NCBI GenBank assembly: GCA_963708075.1 | Contig: OY970194.1 | Span: forward strand, 2,432,001 to 2,496,000 | Length of the DNA: 64,000 nt | Direction of reading: 5' to 3' | From: Sedimentisphaerales bacterium | GTDB lineage: Bacteria > Planctomycetota > Phycisphaerae > Sedimentisphaerales > Anaerobacaceae | In this document: positions 52,561 to 61,784 of the stretch, piece after piece | How the letters are laid out: each line of letters opens with the position of its first letter | Numbering within the stretch: position 1 is the first letter of the stretch | Program-made: the position numbers and the translations under genes | Notes under the pieces: generated by a model | What the model saw: the letters and a program-made list of their open reading frames with translations, nothing else | What the model was told of the DNA's origin: nothing | Databases searched by the model: none

Positions 52561-53857
52561 TTTGTTTGCTCAGCTCGCTCAGGAGCACCCGCATCTTGGG
52601 GTCGGAGTCCTTCTCTTCCGCGATCTTGTTGCAGGCGTGCATGACGGTGGTGTGGTCCCGCCCGCCGAGGTGGCCGCCGATCTCTTCGAGGCTGTGCCGG
52701 GTCATCTGGCGGGCGAGGTACATGCAGATCTGCCGGGGCATGGTGACGCTCTGGCTGCGGCGTTTGCTCTGCAGGTCCGTGATGCGTACGTCGAAGTGCC
52801 GCGTCACCACGTCGATAATGTCGGTGATCGTGATCCGCCGCGTCGCCAGCCGGATCTGCCCCTCCAGCGCCCGCTGCGCCAATTCCAGGGTGACCGGCTC
52901 CTTCGCGGTGGTGGCCATGGCGTAGATCGTCGTCAGGGCGCCCTCCAGCTCCCGAATGTTCGCCTGGACCTGTCGCGCGATATACTCGGCGACTTCATCG
53001 TCGAGTGGCAAGTCGCGAAGATGAGCCTTGTTCTTGACGATAGCGATTCGCGTCTCATAGCTTGGCGGATCGATGCGCGCCACCAGGCCCCAGTTGAGCC
53101 GGCTCGTCAACCTCGCCTCCAGCGATGGAATCTCCGCCGGCGGGCTGTCGGCGCTCAGGATGATCTGCTTGCCGTTATTGTACAGGGCGTTGAAGGTGTG
53201 GAAGAACTCCTCCTGGCTCTGCTCCCGCTCGCGCAGGAACTGCACGTCGTCGATCACCAGGGCGTCGGCCGTTCGAAACTGGCTGTGGAAATTGCTGATC
53301 GTCCCCTGCTCGATCGCCCGGATGAACCGGTTAACGAACTCCTCGCAACTGAGCAACTGGATCGCCGCCCCGCTGACCCGGTGGCGGACTTCGTGACACA
53401 CCGCGTGCAGCAGATGCGTCTTGCCCAGGCCGGCGCTGCCATACAGGAATAGCGGATTGTACGTCTGCCCCAGCGACTGGCTGACCGCGACGCAACTGGC
53501 GTGGGCAAGCCGATTACTCGGCCCGACAACGAAGTTCTCGAACGTGTAGTCCGGATGCAGCGAGAACCCGGACTCGATGTCACGAGGCGCCCCCCCCGGC
53601 CTCTCGCCGACGACGAACTCCACCGTGACGAGGTGTCCTGTGATCTGCTGGGCGGCGCGGGTGAACGTGGAGCGGCAGTTTTCGTCCAGGAAGTGAACGT
53701 TGGCCTCATCGGGACAGCCAATGCAGATCGAGCCGCCGTCGAAGTGCAGGACGGAGAGCTGGTCGAACCACTTGCGGGCGTTCGCCGGATCCATCGCCCG
53801 CGCGCGTTCGACGACATTGGCAAAGATAGTCTCCACTTCGTGAGCGGGCAACGCCAT
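52544..53857 (-). CDS. dnaA: Chromosomal replication initiator protein
   Basis: YTFENFVVG, YNPLFLYGSAGLGKTHL, IDDVQF, QEEFFHTFN, NIRELEGAL, GGRDHTTVMHA. Confidence 0.96.
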   Translation of the reverse strand: MALPAHEVETIFANVVERARAMDPANARKWFDQLSVLHFDGGSICIGCPDEANVHFLDENCRSTFTRAAQQITGHLVTVEFVVGERPGGAPRDIESGFSLHPDYTFENFVVGPSNRLAHASCVAVSQSLGQTYNPLFLYGSAGLGKTHLLHAVCHEVRHRVSGAAIQLLSCEEFVNRFIRAIEQGTISNFHSQFRTADALVIDDVQFLREREQSQEEFFHTFNALYNNGKQIILSADSPPAEIPSLEARLTSRLNWGLVARIDPPSYETRIAIVKNKAHLRDLPLDDEVAEYIARQVQANIRELEGALTTIYAMATTAKEPVTLELAQRALEGQIRLATRRITITDIIDVVTRHFDVRITDLQSKRRSQSVTMPRQICMYLARQMTRHSLEEIGGHLGGRDHTTVMHACNKIAEEKDSDPKMRVLLSELSKQITQAS

Positions 53858-54005
53858 ACTCCTTTTGGGATACGCAAGTCAATCGTCAGAGGAAGGAACC
53901 GTCCTTCTCTGCCGCCCCGGCCCATGCCGACAGGGCACGGACGACGCGCATATCTAACTACCAGCCCGGCCGTTGTCAACCTAATATCCGCCCTCTCCAG
54001 CGGCT

Positions 54006-54042
54006 GGGTGGCAGCGGCAAGCGCAGCCTGCGGAGCTTGCCG
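54006..54042 (+). repeat. REP-like palindrome (GGGTGGC-capped)
   Basis: gggtggcag cggcaagc...gcttgccg in the dnaA-ftsY spacer. Confidence 0.55.
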
Positions 54043-54220
54043 ATGGCGAATGGGCAAACCATCGGGCTCTCACGCATCCGGTGATTGCGTAGGTGTTTTC
54101 AGCCGGCGTCCTTGCAATTCTGTGAAATGCCGGTACTATCAACGGCGGATTGAGAACAACGCTCAGCGCAGCCTGCACTCGCGTACTGAGTAATACATGA
54201 TTTCTGCGTGGAAAGTGAGT

Positions 54221-55153
54221 ATGGGAATATTCTCGAAGACGACGGAGTATTTGAAGGAGCGGCTGGGCAAGACCCGGACCGCCATCAGCAATTCGCTTTC
54301 ATCGGTCCTGAGCATCGGCCGCAAGATCGATGATGAGCTGCTCGATGAGCTGGAGGAAACGTTGATCCGCGACGATATCGGCGTCGAGACTACGGAGAAA
54401 CTGACCTCAGAGCTGCGCGAGGCCTATCACAGCCGCAAGATCGCCAAGGCCGAAGAAGTCATCCCGTTCCTCAAGGAGCACATGAAGACCTACTGGCCGC
54501 ACAGCGACCGGCAGTTGCGGGTCGCCGAGACCGGGCCGACGGTGGTTCTCGTCGCCGGTGTCAACGGGACCGGCAAGACCACGAGCATCGCCAAGCTGGC
54601 CTACATCTTCAAGCGCAACGGCAAGGACGTGATCGTCGCTGCCTGTGACACGTTCCGGGCAGCCGCCGTCGAGCAGTTGACGATCTGGGCCGAGCGGATC
54701 GGCGTGCAGATCGTCAAGCATCAGGCCGGCAGCGACCCGGCCGCAGTGGCGTTCGACGCCTGCGACGCGGCCCTGGCCCGGGGCGCCGACATCCTGATCC
54801 TCGACACCGCCGGCCGGCTGCACACCAAGAAGGACCTGATGCAGCAGCTCACGAAGATCCGTGACGTGGTCGCCCGCAAGATTCCCGGCTCGCCCCACGA
54901 GGTGCTGCTCGTCCTCGATGCAACCACGGGACAGAACGCGATCTCTCAGGCCAAGCTGTTCACCGAAGCGATCAATGTCACCGGCATCTTCCTCGCCAAG
55001 CTCGACGGCACAGCCCGAGGCGGCATCGTCATCGCCATCAAGGACAAGCTCGACATCCCCGTCAAGTTCGTCGGCCTGGGCGAGAAGCCCGAGGACATCG
55101 CCGAGTTCGACCCGAACATGTTCGTCGAGGCCCTGTTCGAGGGGAATCGCTGA
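54221..55153 (+). CDS. ftsY: Signal recognition particle receptor
   Basis: GVNGTGKTT, DTFRAAA, DTAGRL, DATTGQN, KLDGTARGG, GLGE. Confidence 0.97.
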   Translation: MGIFSKTTEYLKERLGKTRTAISNSLSSVLSIGRKIDDELLDELEETLIRDDIGVETTEKLTSELREAYHSRKIAKAEEVIPFLKEHMKTYWPHSDRQLRVAETGPTVVLVAGVNGTGKTTSIAKLAYIFKRNGKDVIVAACDTFRAAAVEQLTIWAERIGVQIVKHQAGSDPAAVAFDACDAALARGADILILDTAGRLHTKKDLMQQLTKIRDVVARKIPGSPHEVLLVLDATTGQNAISQAKLFTEAINVTGIFLAKLDGTARGGIVIAIKDKLDIPVKFVGLGEKPEDIAEFDPNMFVEALFEGNR

Positions 55154-55183
55154 GCAGGACCGACGGCAGAGGGAGGTAATCGT

Positions 55184-56548
55184 ATGAGAGCTGTCATCAA
55201 CAGGGTCTCTGTGCTGTGCATGGCTGTCGCGTTGACGGCATGCTGGGGGACTCGCGCGATAGCGGCTGTCGAACACAAAGAGGGTGAACACTTCAAGCCG
55301 TTCATCTGGCCGTCGCAGCCGCCGGCGGATTGCCCGTTTGAGCCTTCCAAGGACATCGTGGGCATCGCATTCCTGGGCGTCCACAGCGACTATCACTTCG
55401 CCGATACGTGGTATCCGAGTTGGGCCTCCGACGGGAATCTCTATTCGCCGTACACCGATGGGAGCGTGCCGCGGGCAGATGGCCAGCGGGACAACTCCAA
55501 TAGCGGGACAGGTCCGGACGCGGTGACGGGCCAAGCTGTCATGATCGGCGACGATCCGGTCAACCTGAAGGTGATCAGCCTCGGCCTGACGAAAGGCGAT
55601 GCCTCCCCGTACCGGGGCCGCTACCCCTGCGGCAGCCTCGTGTACAACGGCATCTGGTATTACAGCACCTACTGCCTGGCCCCGGATGGCATGGTCCACT
55701 ACGGCAAGGACGCCTTTAACTGGCCCTGGCTGGGGCCGGTCGTCGGCTTTCGCATCTCGAAGGACTTCGGCAAGACGTGGACCGACACGCCGCACACGCC
55801 CGAAAAGCCGCTCTTTGGCGAAACCGGCATGTGGGGCTATCCCGTGAAAATCGGCTCGCCCCACTTCGTCGATTTCGGCAGGAACATGGAGCACTCGCCG
55901 GATGGCAAGGCGTACCTCGTCGCCCACGGCGCCCCCGAGCCCGACCCCAAGCCCCGATTTGGCAACCTGAGTTGGATCAGCGGTGACCAAATCTACCTGC
56001 TTCGCGTCACGCCGAGCGTCGAGAACATCAATGACGCCTCCAAGTACGAGTTTTTCGCCGGCCACGATTCCGTCGGCAAGCCCGTCTGGACAAACGACTT
56101 CGCCAAAATCCAGCCGCTCATCGACTGGAACAACAACTGCGGCTGCGTCACGGCCACCTGGAACGCTCCGCTGAAGAAGTACCTCATGTGCATCACCGAC
56201 GGCTGGCCCACCTGCGCCAGGATGAACTCCTACATCCTCGAATCGGATGCACTCACCGGCCCCTGGCGGCTCGTGACCTACATGAGAGACTTCGGCGAGC
56301 AGGGCTACTTCCTGAACATCCCGACCAAGTTCATCAGCCCCGACGGCCGAACCGCTTGGCTCTGCTACTCCGGGAACTTCGCCAAAGACTGGCGAGGCGC
56401 AGCAATGCAGGAAAAGCCCCCCGGCAGCCACTACGGCCTCGTCCTCCAACAGATCAAGCTCCTCGACGAGAGGGCCCATGTGGAATATGCAAAGCAGGCA
56501 CGCTGTTACAGCAGGTTCGATGTTGTTGGGAGAATTCTCACGCCATGA
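55184..56548 (+). CDS. Secreted hypothetical protein, probable beta-propeller glycoside hydrolase (DUF4185-like)
   Basis: Signal peptide; DTWYPSWASDGNLY, SKDFGKTW Asp-box, TGPW, YFLNIPTKFIS. Confidence 0.7.
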   Translation: MRAVINRVSVLCMAVALTACWGTRAIAAVEHKEGEHFKPFIWPSQPPADCPFEPSKDIVGIAFLGVHSDYHFADTWYPSWASDGNLYSPYTDGSVPRADGQRDNSNSGTGPDAVTGQAVMIGDDPVNLKVISLGLTKGDASPYRGRYPCGSLVYNGIWYYSTYCLAPDGMVHYGKDAFNWPWLGPVVGFRISKDFGKTWTDTPHTPEKPLFGETGMWGYPVKIGSPHFVDFGRNMEHSPDGKAYLVAHGAPEPDPKPRFGNLSWISGDQIYLLRVTPSVENINDASKYEFFAGHDSVGKPVWTNDFAKIQPLIDWNNNCGCVTATWNAPLKKYLMCITDGWPTCARMNSYILESDALTGPWRLVTYMRDFGEQGYFLNIPTKFISPDGRTAWLCYSGNFAKDWRGAAMQEKPPGSHYGLVLQQIKLLDERAHVEYAKQARCYSRFDVVGRILTP

Positions 56549-57477
56549 AGTTTGAGCTTGATGGCCTACCAGATTACTCGGACGAAGCGCTTCTCGCCGA
56601 GCTTCGGCGGGTCGCGGCCCTTGTCGGCAAAGACAAACTGACGGTCGCTGAATTCTCGAAACGCTCCAAGATAAATGTTGGGACCCTTCGTCGTCGATTC
56701 GGCAGTTGGCCTGGTGCGCTTGACCGGGCCGGGCTCTCCTACCTCTGCAATGTAGTCACTCCAGCAAGGAAGTCACGTACCCTTGCTCGCAAGATGACAA
56801 ATGAGCAGATCATCGAAGAAATTCGTCGCGTCGCGCAAGTCACCAGTCGCCCAAACGTGACCACCGATGATTTGCGCCAGTACGCCTCGATTGGGACAGG
56901 TGCGATTCGCAACCGGTTTGGCTCGCTCAAAGCAGCAATTCGCGCCGCTGGACTGTGTGAGACTGCCCACGGACGTAGATACACTGACGATGAATGCTTC
57001 GAGAACTTGCTGCGCGTTTGGACATACTATGGCCGTCCTCCCATGCACAGGGAGATGAAGCTACCTCCGTCGGAAGTCGGCCCCAAAGCATATATCCAGA
57101 GGTGGGGAACCTGGCGAAAGGCGTTGTATGCCTTTGTGGACCGGGCTAACCATGACACGGGAACCGATGTACAGACAGATGAGGAATCGACGGCGAGAGT
57201 GCATATCAAGACACAAGCATGTGAGCTCTCCAAGAAATCGCGGAAACCGGACTCCGAGGTACGCGAGATCAGACTTGGTTTGCGGTATCAGATCCTCAAA
57301 CGGGATCGTTTCCGCTGCGTCCTCTGCGGTCGTAGCCCAGCCACCGTCTTAGGCTTGGAACTCCATGTGGATCACATCGTTCCCATTTCGCAGGGAGGCA
57401 AGTCCGTGCCAGAAAACTTGAGATCGACATGTAGTGAATGCAACATAGGAAAAGGACCGAAGAGAGAAGGAGGCTGA
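56545..57477 (+). CDS. HNH endonuclease with three homing-endonuclease-associated helical repeats
   Basis: Repeats ending RFGSW..AL.RAGL / RFGSL..AI.AAGL / RWGTW..AL; C-terminal RDRFRCVLCG...HVDHIVP...GG...NL...CSECN; ATGA overlap with upstream stop. Confidence 0.9.
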   Translation: MKFELDGLPDYSDEALLAELRRVAALVGKDKLTVAEFSKRSKINVGTLRRRFGSWPGALDRAGLSYLCNVVTPARKSRTLARKMTNEQIIEEIRRVAQVTSRPNVTTDDLRQYASIGTGAIRNRFGSLKAAIRAAGLCETAHGRRYTDDECFENLLRVWTYYGRPPMHREMKLPPSEVGPKAYIQRWGTWRKALYAFVDRANHDTGTDVQTDEESTARVHIKTQACELSKKSRKPDSEVREIRLGLRYQILKRDRFRCVLCGRSPATVLGLELHVDHIVPISQGGKSVPENLRSTCSECNIGKGPKREGG

Positions 57478-57550
57478 CAGAAGTGTCGGTCAGATCCCGC
57501 GGCGGTGCAGCGCAAAACGCGTCCGAGAGTGGGCCGATTGCGCGAGTTGG

Positions 57551-57579
57551 TTGCCACCCGGTCCGGTTCGTGATAGAAT
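57551..57579 (+). promoter_or_regulatory. Sigma-70-type promoter of the TA pair
   Basis: TTGCCA-N17-TAGAAT with extended -10 TG. Confidence 0.55.
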
Positions 57580-57615
57580 GTGGTAATGTGCCTACAGTCA
57601 AAGGAGAATAGGTCT

Positions 57616-57882
57616 ATGCCGACAATATCGATGTTCTACGGCATTATCATTCGGCTGTACTTCGCGCCGGGCGAACACAATCCGCCGCACTTTCACGCGT
57701 TCTACAACGAGTTCAAAGCATCGGTTGATATTCGCACGGGAGAGGTTATCGAAGGCTCCCTTCCGCCGCGACAACGCAAGCTGGTTCAAGCGTGGGCGGA
57801 ACTGCATCAAGAAGAGTTAATGGCCAATTGGAGTCTGGTGATGAATGGTGACGAACCATTCAAAATCCAGCCCCTTCAATAG
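57616..57882 (+). CDS. DUF4160 family protein (putative toxin)
   Basis: MPTISMFYGIII...EHNPPHFHA...WAELHQEELMANW...IQPL. Confidence 0.92.
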   Translation: MPTISMFYGIIIRLYFAPGEHNPPHFHAFYNEFKASVDIRTGEVIEGSLPPRQRKLVQAWAELHQEELMANWSLVMNGDEPFKIQPLQ

Positions 57883-57894
57883 GAGGACCTCGGA

Positions 57895-58140
57895 ATGTAT
57901 CAAGCGGTTGTGAGCGTCCATCCAAACGAAGATTTCTCGCTTACCGTCGCCTTTGAAGACGGCGTACAAGGTGTTCTTGACATGAACCCTTATCTGAATC
58001 TCGGGGTGTTCAAGAAGATCAGAGACTTCGAGCAGTTCAAGCGGGTCCGTATTGCTTTTGACACGGTTGAATGGGAATGTGGCGTGGATCTTGATCCTGA
58101 ATTCATCCGCGCCAAGTGCAAAGTGTTGGAGAAGACATAG
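57895..58140 (+). CDS. DUF2442 family protein (putative antitoxin)
   Basis: V.P..DFSL.V.FEDG...F..V.I.FDTVEW..GVDLDPE. Confidence 0.9.
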   Translation: MYQAVVSVHPNEDFSLTVAFEDGVQGVLDMNPYLNLGVFKKIRDFEQFKRVRIAFDTVEWECGVDLDPEFIRAKCKVLEKT

Positions 58141-58145
58141 GAGGC

Positions 58146-58305
58146 ATGGACATCACAGAGTACGAGAGATTGCCTGAGGAGGCGGAAGAACTGGAAGCTA
58201 TTCGAGCCTACGACATGGCCAAAGCGTCAGGGGAGGAAGCGATTCCATTCGAGCAAGCCGTCACCGAGATTGAGCAGAACCGAAAATGACGTATACGATC
58301 ACTCA
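58146..58305 (+). pseudogene. Remnant of a second type II TA operon (antitoxin C-terminus plus first codons of a RelE-like toxin)
   Basis: MDITEYERLPEEAEELEAIRAYDMAKASGEEAIPFEQAVTEIEQNRK* (58146-58289) with ATGA-coupled MTYTIT, after which resemblance ends. Confidence 0.6.
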
Positions 58306-58322
58306 ACGAGAGAGGATTTGCC

Positions 58323-59276
58323 ATGCGCACGGGAGTCTTGATCAGGCGAGTGTTGGCAATGATGCTTTGTGTATGGGCTGCTGGAAGCGATGCAATAGCG
58401 GAGCAAGAGGCTCCGGAGCCGAAGGTGGTGCCGGGGCTGCAGATTGTTCCGCAGGCATATGACCAGGCGTCATTTCAGCGGGATGGGGTGGAGATTACGC
58501 GGTACCATTTCGGGGCGGGGCTGGAGCGGCCGTTTTTGTTTCCGCTGATTGGACCTTCAGGGCGGAGTCTCACGCGGATGGGGCACCCGCGCGATCCGGA
58601 GTCACACAGCCATCACAATTCGGTGTGGCTGTCGCACGTGGACGTGGGTGGCGTGGATTTCTGGAGCGATAAGCGGCTCGGGATTGTGCGGCATAAACGC
58701 GTCGTAAAGTATGAGGATGAGGGCGAGAAGTCCTACGTCGTCGCGGAGAATGAATGGGTCGATAAGGACGGGAAGGTTCTGCTGAACGAAGCTCGGCAGG
58801 TGAGCGTCATGCTGCTGGAGGGCAAGGAATGGCTGCTCATCATCGACTCGACCTTCGCAGCCAAGGACAAGGCCGTCACGCTTGGCAAGACGCCGTTTGG
58901 CTTCATCGGCGTGCGGATGGCCAAGACCATCGGCGTCAACGACGGCGGCGGGCGAATCCGCAACTCCGAAGGCGGCGTCAACGAGAAGGAAGTCTTCTGG
59001 AAGCAGGCCCGCTGGGTGGACTACTCCGGGGCCATCGAAAACGGCAAAATCGAAGGCATCACGCTCTTCGATCATCCCGGCAACCCGAATCACCCATCGA
59101 ATTTCCACGTCCGAAACGACGGCTGGATGGGCGCCTCGTTGAACCTGGAAGGGCCGCGGGAAATCACGCCCGACAAGCCCCTGCACCTGCGCTACGGTCT
59201 CTACATTCACAGTGATATGGAATCCGCGGACGCCATCGAGGGAGTGTGGAAACGGTTCAGCAAAATGGAGGGCTAA
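58323..59276 (+). CDS. Secreted PmoA-like (DUF6807-type) beta-sandwich protein
   Basis: RPFLFPL...HSHHNSVW...FIGVR...ARWVDYSG...FDHPGN...HVRNDG pattern; not the membrane methane monooxygenase subunit. Confidence 0.75.
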   Translation: MRTGVLIRRVLAMMLCVWAAGSDAIAEQEAPEPKVVPGLQIVPQAYDQASFQRDGVEITRYHFGAGLERPFLFPLIGPSGRSLTRMGHPRDPESHSHHNSVWLSHVDVGGVDFWSDKRLGIVRHKRVVKYEDEGEKSYVVAENEWVDKDGKVLLNEARQVSVMLLEGKEWLLIIDSTFAAKDKAVTLGKTPFGFIGVRMAKTIGVNDGGGRIRNSEGGVNEKEVFWKQARWVDYSGAIENGKIEGITLFDHPGNPNHPSNFHVRNDGWMGASLNLEGPREITPDKPLHLRYGLYIHSDMESADAIEGVWKRFSKMEG

Positions 59277-59295
59277 GGAAATCCCTTAATGCGGG

Positions 59296-59314
59296 TTCTC
59301 TCACGATTCTCTCA
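59296..59314 (+). promoter_or_regulatory. Putative OmpR-family operator (direct repeat)
   Basis: TTCTCTCA-cga-TTCTCTCA with 11-bp period, followed by TGt-TACCAT -10 element. Confidence 0.55.
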
Positions 59315-59405
59315 TCTTCACCTTGTTACCATTGGTCAGGAAAGTCGGCTTGACCACGATGGCGGGCCGCAGAACCGATGAACTCTTGCGTAAGGAGATT
59401 CAGAA

Positions 59406-59975
59406 ATGAAGCGCAGATATATGACATTGGTGATCGTGCTGGCGGGTGCAGGCATAGCTCTTTGCATCGGGGCGGTGGCTACTCAGCAACTCGGAGAGGA
59501 CGAGATAAGCGTTTCCATTGACCAGGTGCCCGCCGCTGTCAAGGCGGCCCTGCTCGCGGAGGCCCAGGGCGGCACGATCAACGAAATCGAGATGGAGACT
59601 GAGAACGGCCAAGCCGTCTACGAGGCAGACGTGGTCCTCGACGGCAAGGAAGTTGAGGTCAAAGTAGCGGCTGACGGGACCGTGCTCGGCAAGGAAGCCG
59701 ACGACGAGGATGAGGACGATGATGCAGACGACGCGGACGAGGAAGAGGATGACGAGGGGGACGTCCAGGTGTCGCTGAATGATGTGCCCGAAGCGGTGAA
59801 GGCTACGATTCTGAACGAGGCTGCCGGCGCGGAGATCAAAGAAATCGAGAAGGAAACCGAGAATGGTCAGGTCCTCTATTCCGCTGAGGTGGTCGTCGGC
59901 GGTCAGGAAACTGATATCGAAGTCGCTCCCGATGGGACGCTCCTCGGCAAAGAGGTGGAAGACGAAGACGATTGA
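59406..59975 (+). CDS. Periplasmic protein with two PepSY-like domains and an acidic linker
   Basis: Duplicated VP.AVKA..L.EA.G..I.EIE.ETENGQ..Y.A.V...V.V.DGT.LG units. Confidence 0.85.
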   Translation: MKRRYMTLVIVLAGAGIALCIGAVATQQLGEDEISVSIDQVPAAVKAALLAEAQGGTINEIEMETENGQAVYEADVVLDGKEVEVKVAADGTVLGKEADDEDEDDDADDADEEEDDEGDVQVSLNDVPEAVKATILNEAAGAEIKEIEKETENGQVLYSAEVVVGGQETDIEVAPDGTLLGKEVEDEDD

Positions 59976-60008
59976 TCAACTCACGTTGATCCACCGCATG
60001 GTAGAATA

Positions 60009-60046
60009 CGCAGGGTGCGCCGTGTATGGCACACCCTGCGTTTCTT
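60009..60046 (+). terminator. Intrinsic terminator / attenuating hairpin
   Basis: cgcagggtg.gcc...ggc.caccctgcg followed by tttctt. Confidence 0.6.
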
Positions 60047-60077
60047 ATGAAATGGACTTGTGAATAGGAGACCCATT

Positions 60078-61070
60078 ATGAGGGGTAAGTCGGCTTGGAT
60101 CCGTGTCATGTTCGTCGCTGTCGGATTGGCCTCAACGCTGATGGTCACAGGTTTGTTGTCTCAGGCCGCGACGCAGGAGAGGAAAGTCCCCGTCCAGCCG
60201 TCGGAACTGCCGGCACCGATCGAGAAAGCCATCCGCGACGCCTTCCCGAAGGGAGAGATCGCTGCAATTGAAAAAGAGGTCGAAGGAGAGAACCCGGGCC
60301 AGTATGACGTGGACATTCGTTCCGATGGAAAAGTGTACGAGGTGGAGATCTCCCCGGAAGGAAAGGTCATTGAGAGCAAGGAAAAAGGGTCCGACGAGGA
60401 GGCTTCAGCCTCGCCCGGAGATAAGAAATGGACGGATGCCTTCGGTCAGGAGAACTGTACGTTCTCTTCGGTCGGCAGCAACCGGTTCTTCATCCTGGTG
60501 CCCGGTCATCAACTCGTACTGCAAGGCCCTGGCGAGAAGGTGACCATCACCGTCACCAAAGAGACAAAGAGAATCGGCAGCGTGGAAACGAGGGTGATCG
60601 AGGAACGAGAGGAAGAGGACGGCAAACTGAAGGAGGTGTCGAGGAATTTCTTCGCCATCTGCAGAGAGCATGGCGATGTGTTCTATTTCGGCGAAGAAGT
60701 GGACGAGTACAAGGATGACAAGCTCGTCGGGCATTCCGGGGCCTGGCGAGCGGATGAGAAGGACTCGAAAGCGGGCATCATGATGCCCGGGACGGTCCTG
60801 CTCGGGGCTCGACATTACCAGGAGATCGCGCCGAACGCGATGGATCGCGCGGAGATCATGGCGGATGACGTGACGATGAAGACTCCGGCGGGCACATTCA
60901 AGGATTGCCTGAGAGTCGAAGAGACCTCCGGCATCGCTCCCGAGAAGGGCTACAAAACGTACGCTCCGGGTGTGGGGCTCATCCAGGACGAAGACCTGCT
61001 CTTGACCGGATATCGTGAGGGGAAATCGCCTCGGGACCAAAAGGCAAAACGAGGCCGCCGGGGCAAATGA
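60078..61070 (+). CDS. Secreted protein: PepSY-like domain plus uncharacterised beta-rich domain
   Basis: Signal peptide; LPAPIEKAI...IEKE...YEVEISPEGKVI; GDVFYFGE...TPAGTF...YAPGVG. Confidence 0.8.
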   Translation: MRGKSAWIRVMFVAVGLASTLMVTGLLSQAATQERKVPVQPSELPAPIEKAIRDAFPKGEIAAIEKEVEGENPGQYDVDIRSDGKVYEVEISPEGKVIESKEKGSDEEASASPGDKKWTDAFGQENCTFSSVGSNRFFILVPGHQLVLQGPGEKVTITVTKETKRIGSVETRVIEEREEEDGKLKEVSRNFFAICREHGDVFYFGEEVDEYKDDKLVGHSGAWRADEKDSKAGIMMPGTVLLGARHYQEIAPNAMDRAEIMADDVTMKTPAGTFKDCLRVEETSGIAPEKGYKTYAPGVGLIQDEDLLLTGYREGKSPRDQKAKRGRRGK

Positions 61071-61110
61071 GGATGAGAATGCTCACTATGTGACACGATT
61101 ACGGTGTGCG

Positions 61111-61784
61111 ATGCATTTGCTCCTCATAGAAGACTATCGACCATTGCGGCAGTCCCTGACGAAGGGTCTGCATGAGGCCGGCTTTGCCGTAGACGCCACA
61201 GGCGACGGCAAGGAGGGGCTCTGGTATGCCACGGGCAACGAGTACGACGTGATTATCCTCGACCTCATGCTGCCCGGGATGGACGGCCTGGAAATCCTCA
61301 AGAGGGTTCGCGATCAGGGCCGGAAGGCCTCTGTCCTGATCCTGACCGCTAGAGACACGGTCCAGGACCGCGTCACAGGTCTGGACCTTGGGGCCGATGA
61401 TTACCTGGTCAAGCCATTCGCATTTGCGGAACTCCTGCGCGCATCCGAGCGTTGCTGCGCCGCAGTTATCAGGAGAAGAGTCCCTCTGTCGAGATCGCCG
61501 ACTTACGGATCGACCTTACCACGCAAAGAGTCTGGCGCGGCTCGGAGGAAATCCAGCTCACGCCCCGAGAGTATGCTCTTCTCGAATATCTGGCCATGCG
61601 CGCCGGCCAAACCGTCTCCCGGACGGATATCTGGGAGCATGTCTACGAGTTCAATTCGTCCGCTTCGAGCAACGTGGTGGATGTGTACGTCGGCTATCTG
61701 CGGAAGAAACTCGGGGAACGGGATAAACCCGTGCTGATTCACACCGTGCGCGGCCGCGGCTATGTGCTGGGAGCCAAATCATGA
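61111..61784 (+). CDS. OmpR-family response regulator (frameshift near 61436)
   Basis: LLIED, ILDLMLPGMDG, LTARD, GADDYLVKPF; then LTPREYALL...VVDVYVGYLRKKL...TVRGRGY in another frame. Confidence 0.92.

Noticed and set aside
54041..54090. gggcaaaccatc resembling a c-di-GMP-I riboswitch start
   Set aside because: No GNRA tetraloop or GACGCAAAGC block follows; explained by a simple ccgatgg/ccatcgg hairpin next to a REP-like element
54407..56479. 690-aa minus-strand ORF
   Set aside because: Antisense shadow of ftsY and the next gene; no motifs; expected in GC-rich DNA
56188..56544. N-terminal extension of the HNH ORF
   Set aside because: Overlaps the upstream gene in another frame; the domain begins at ATG 56545
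58323..59276. Methane monooxygenase subunit
   Set aside because: Soluble secreted protein without multiple TM helices and no pmoC/pmoB neighbours; the family name is misleading
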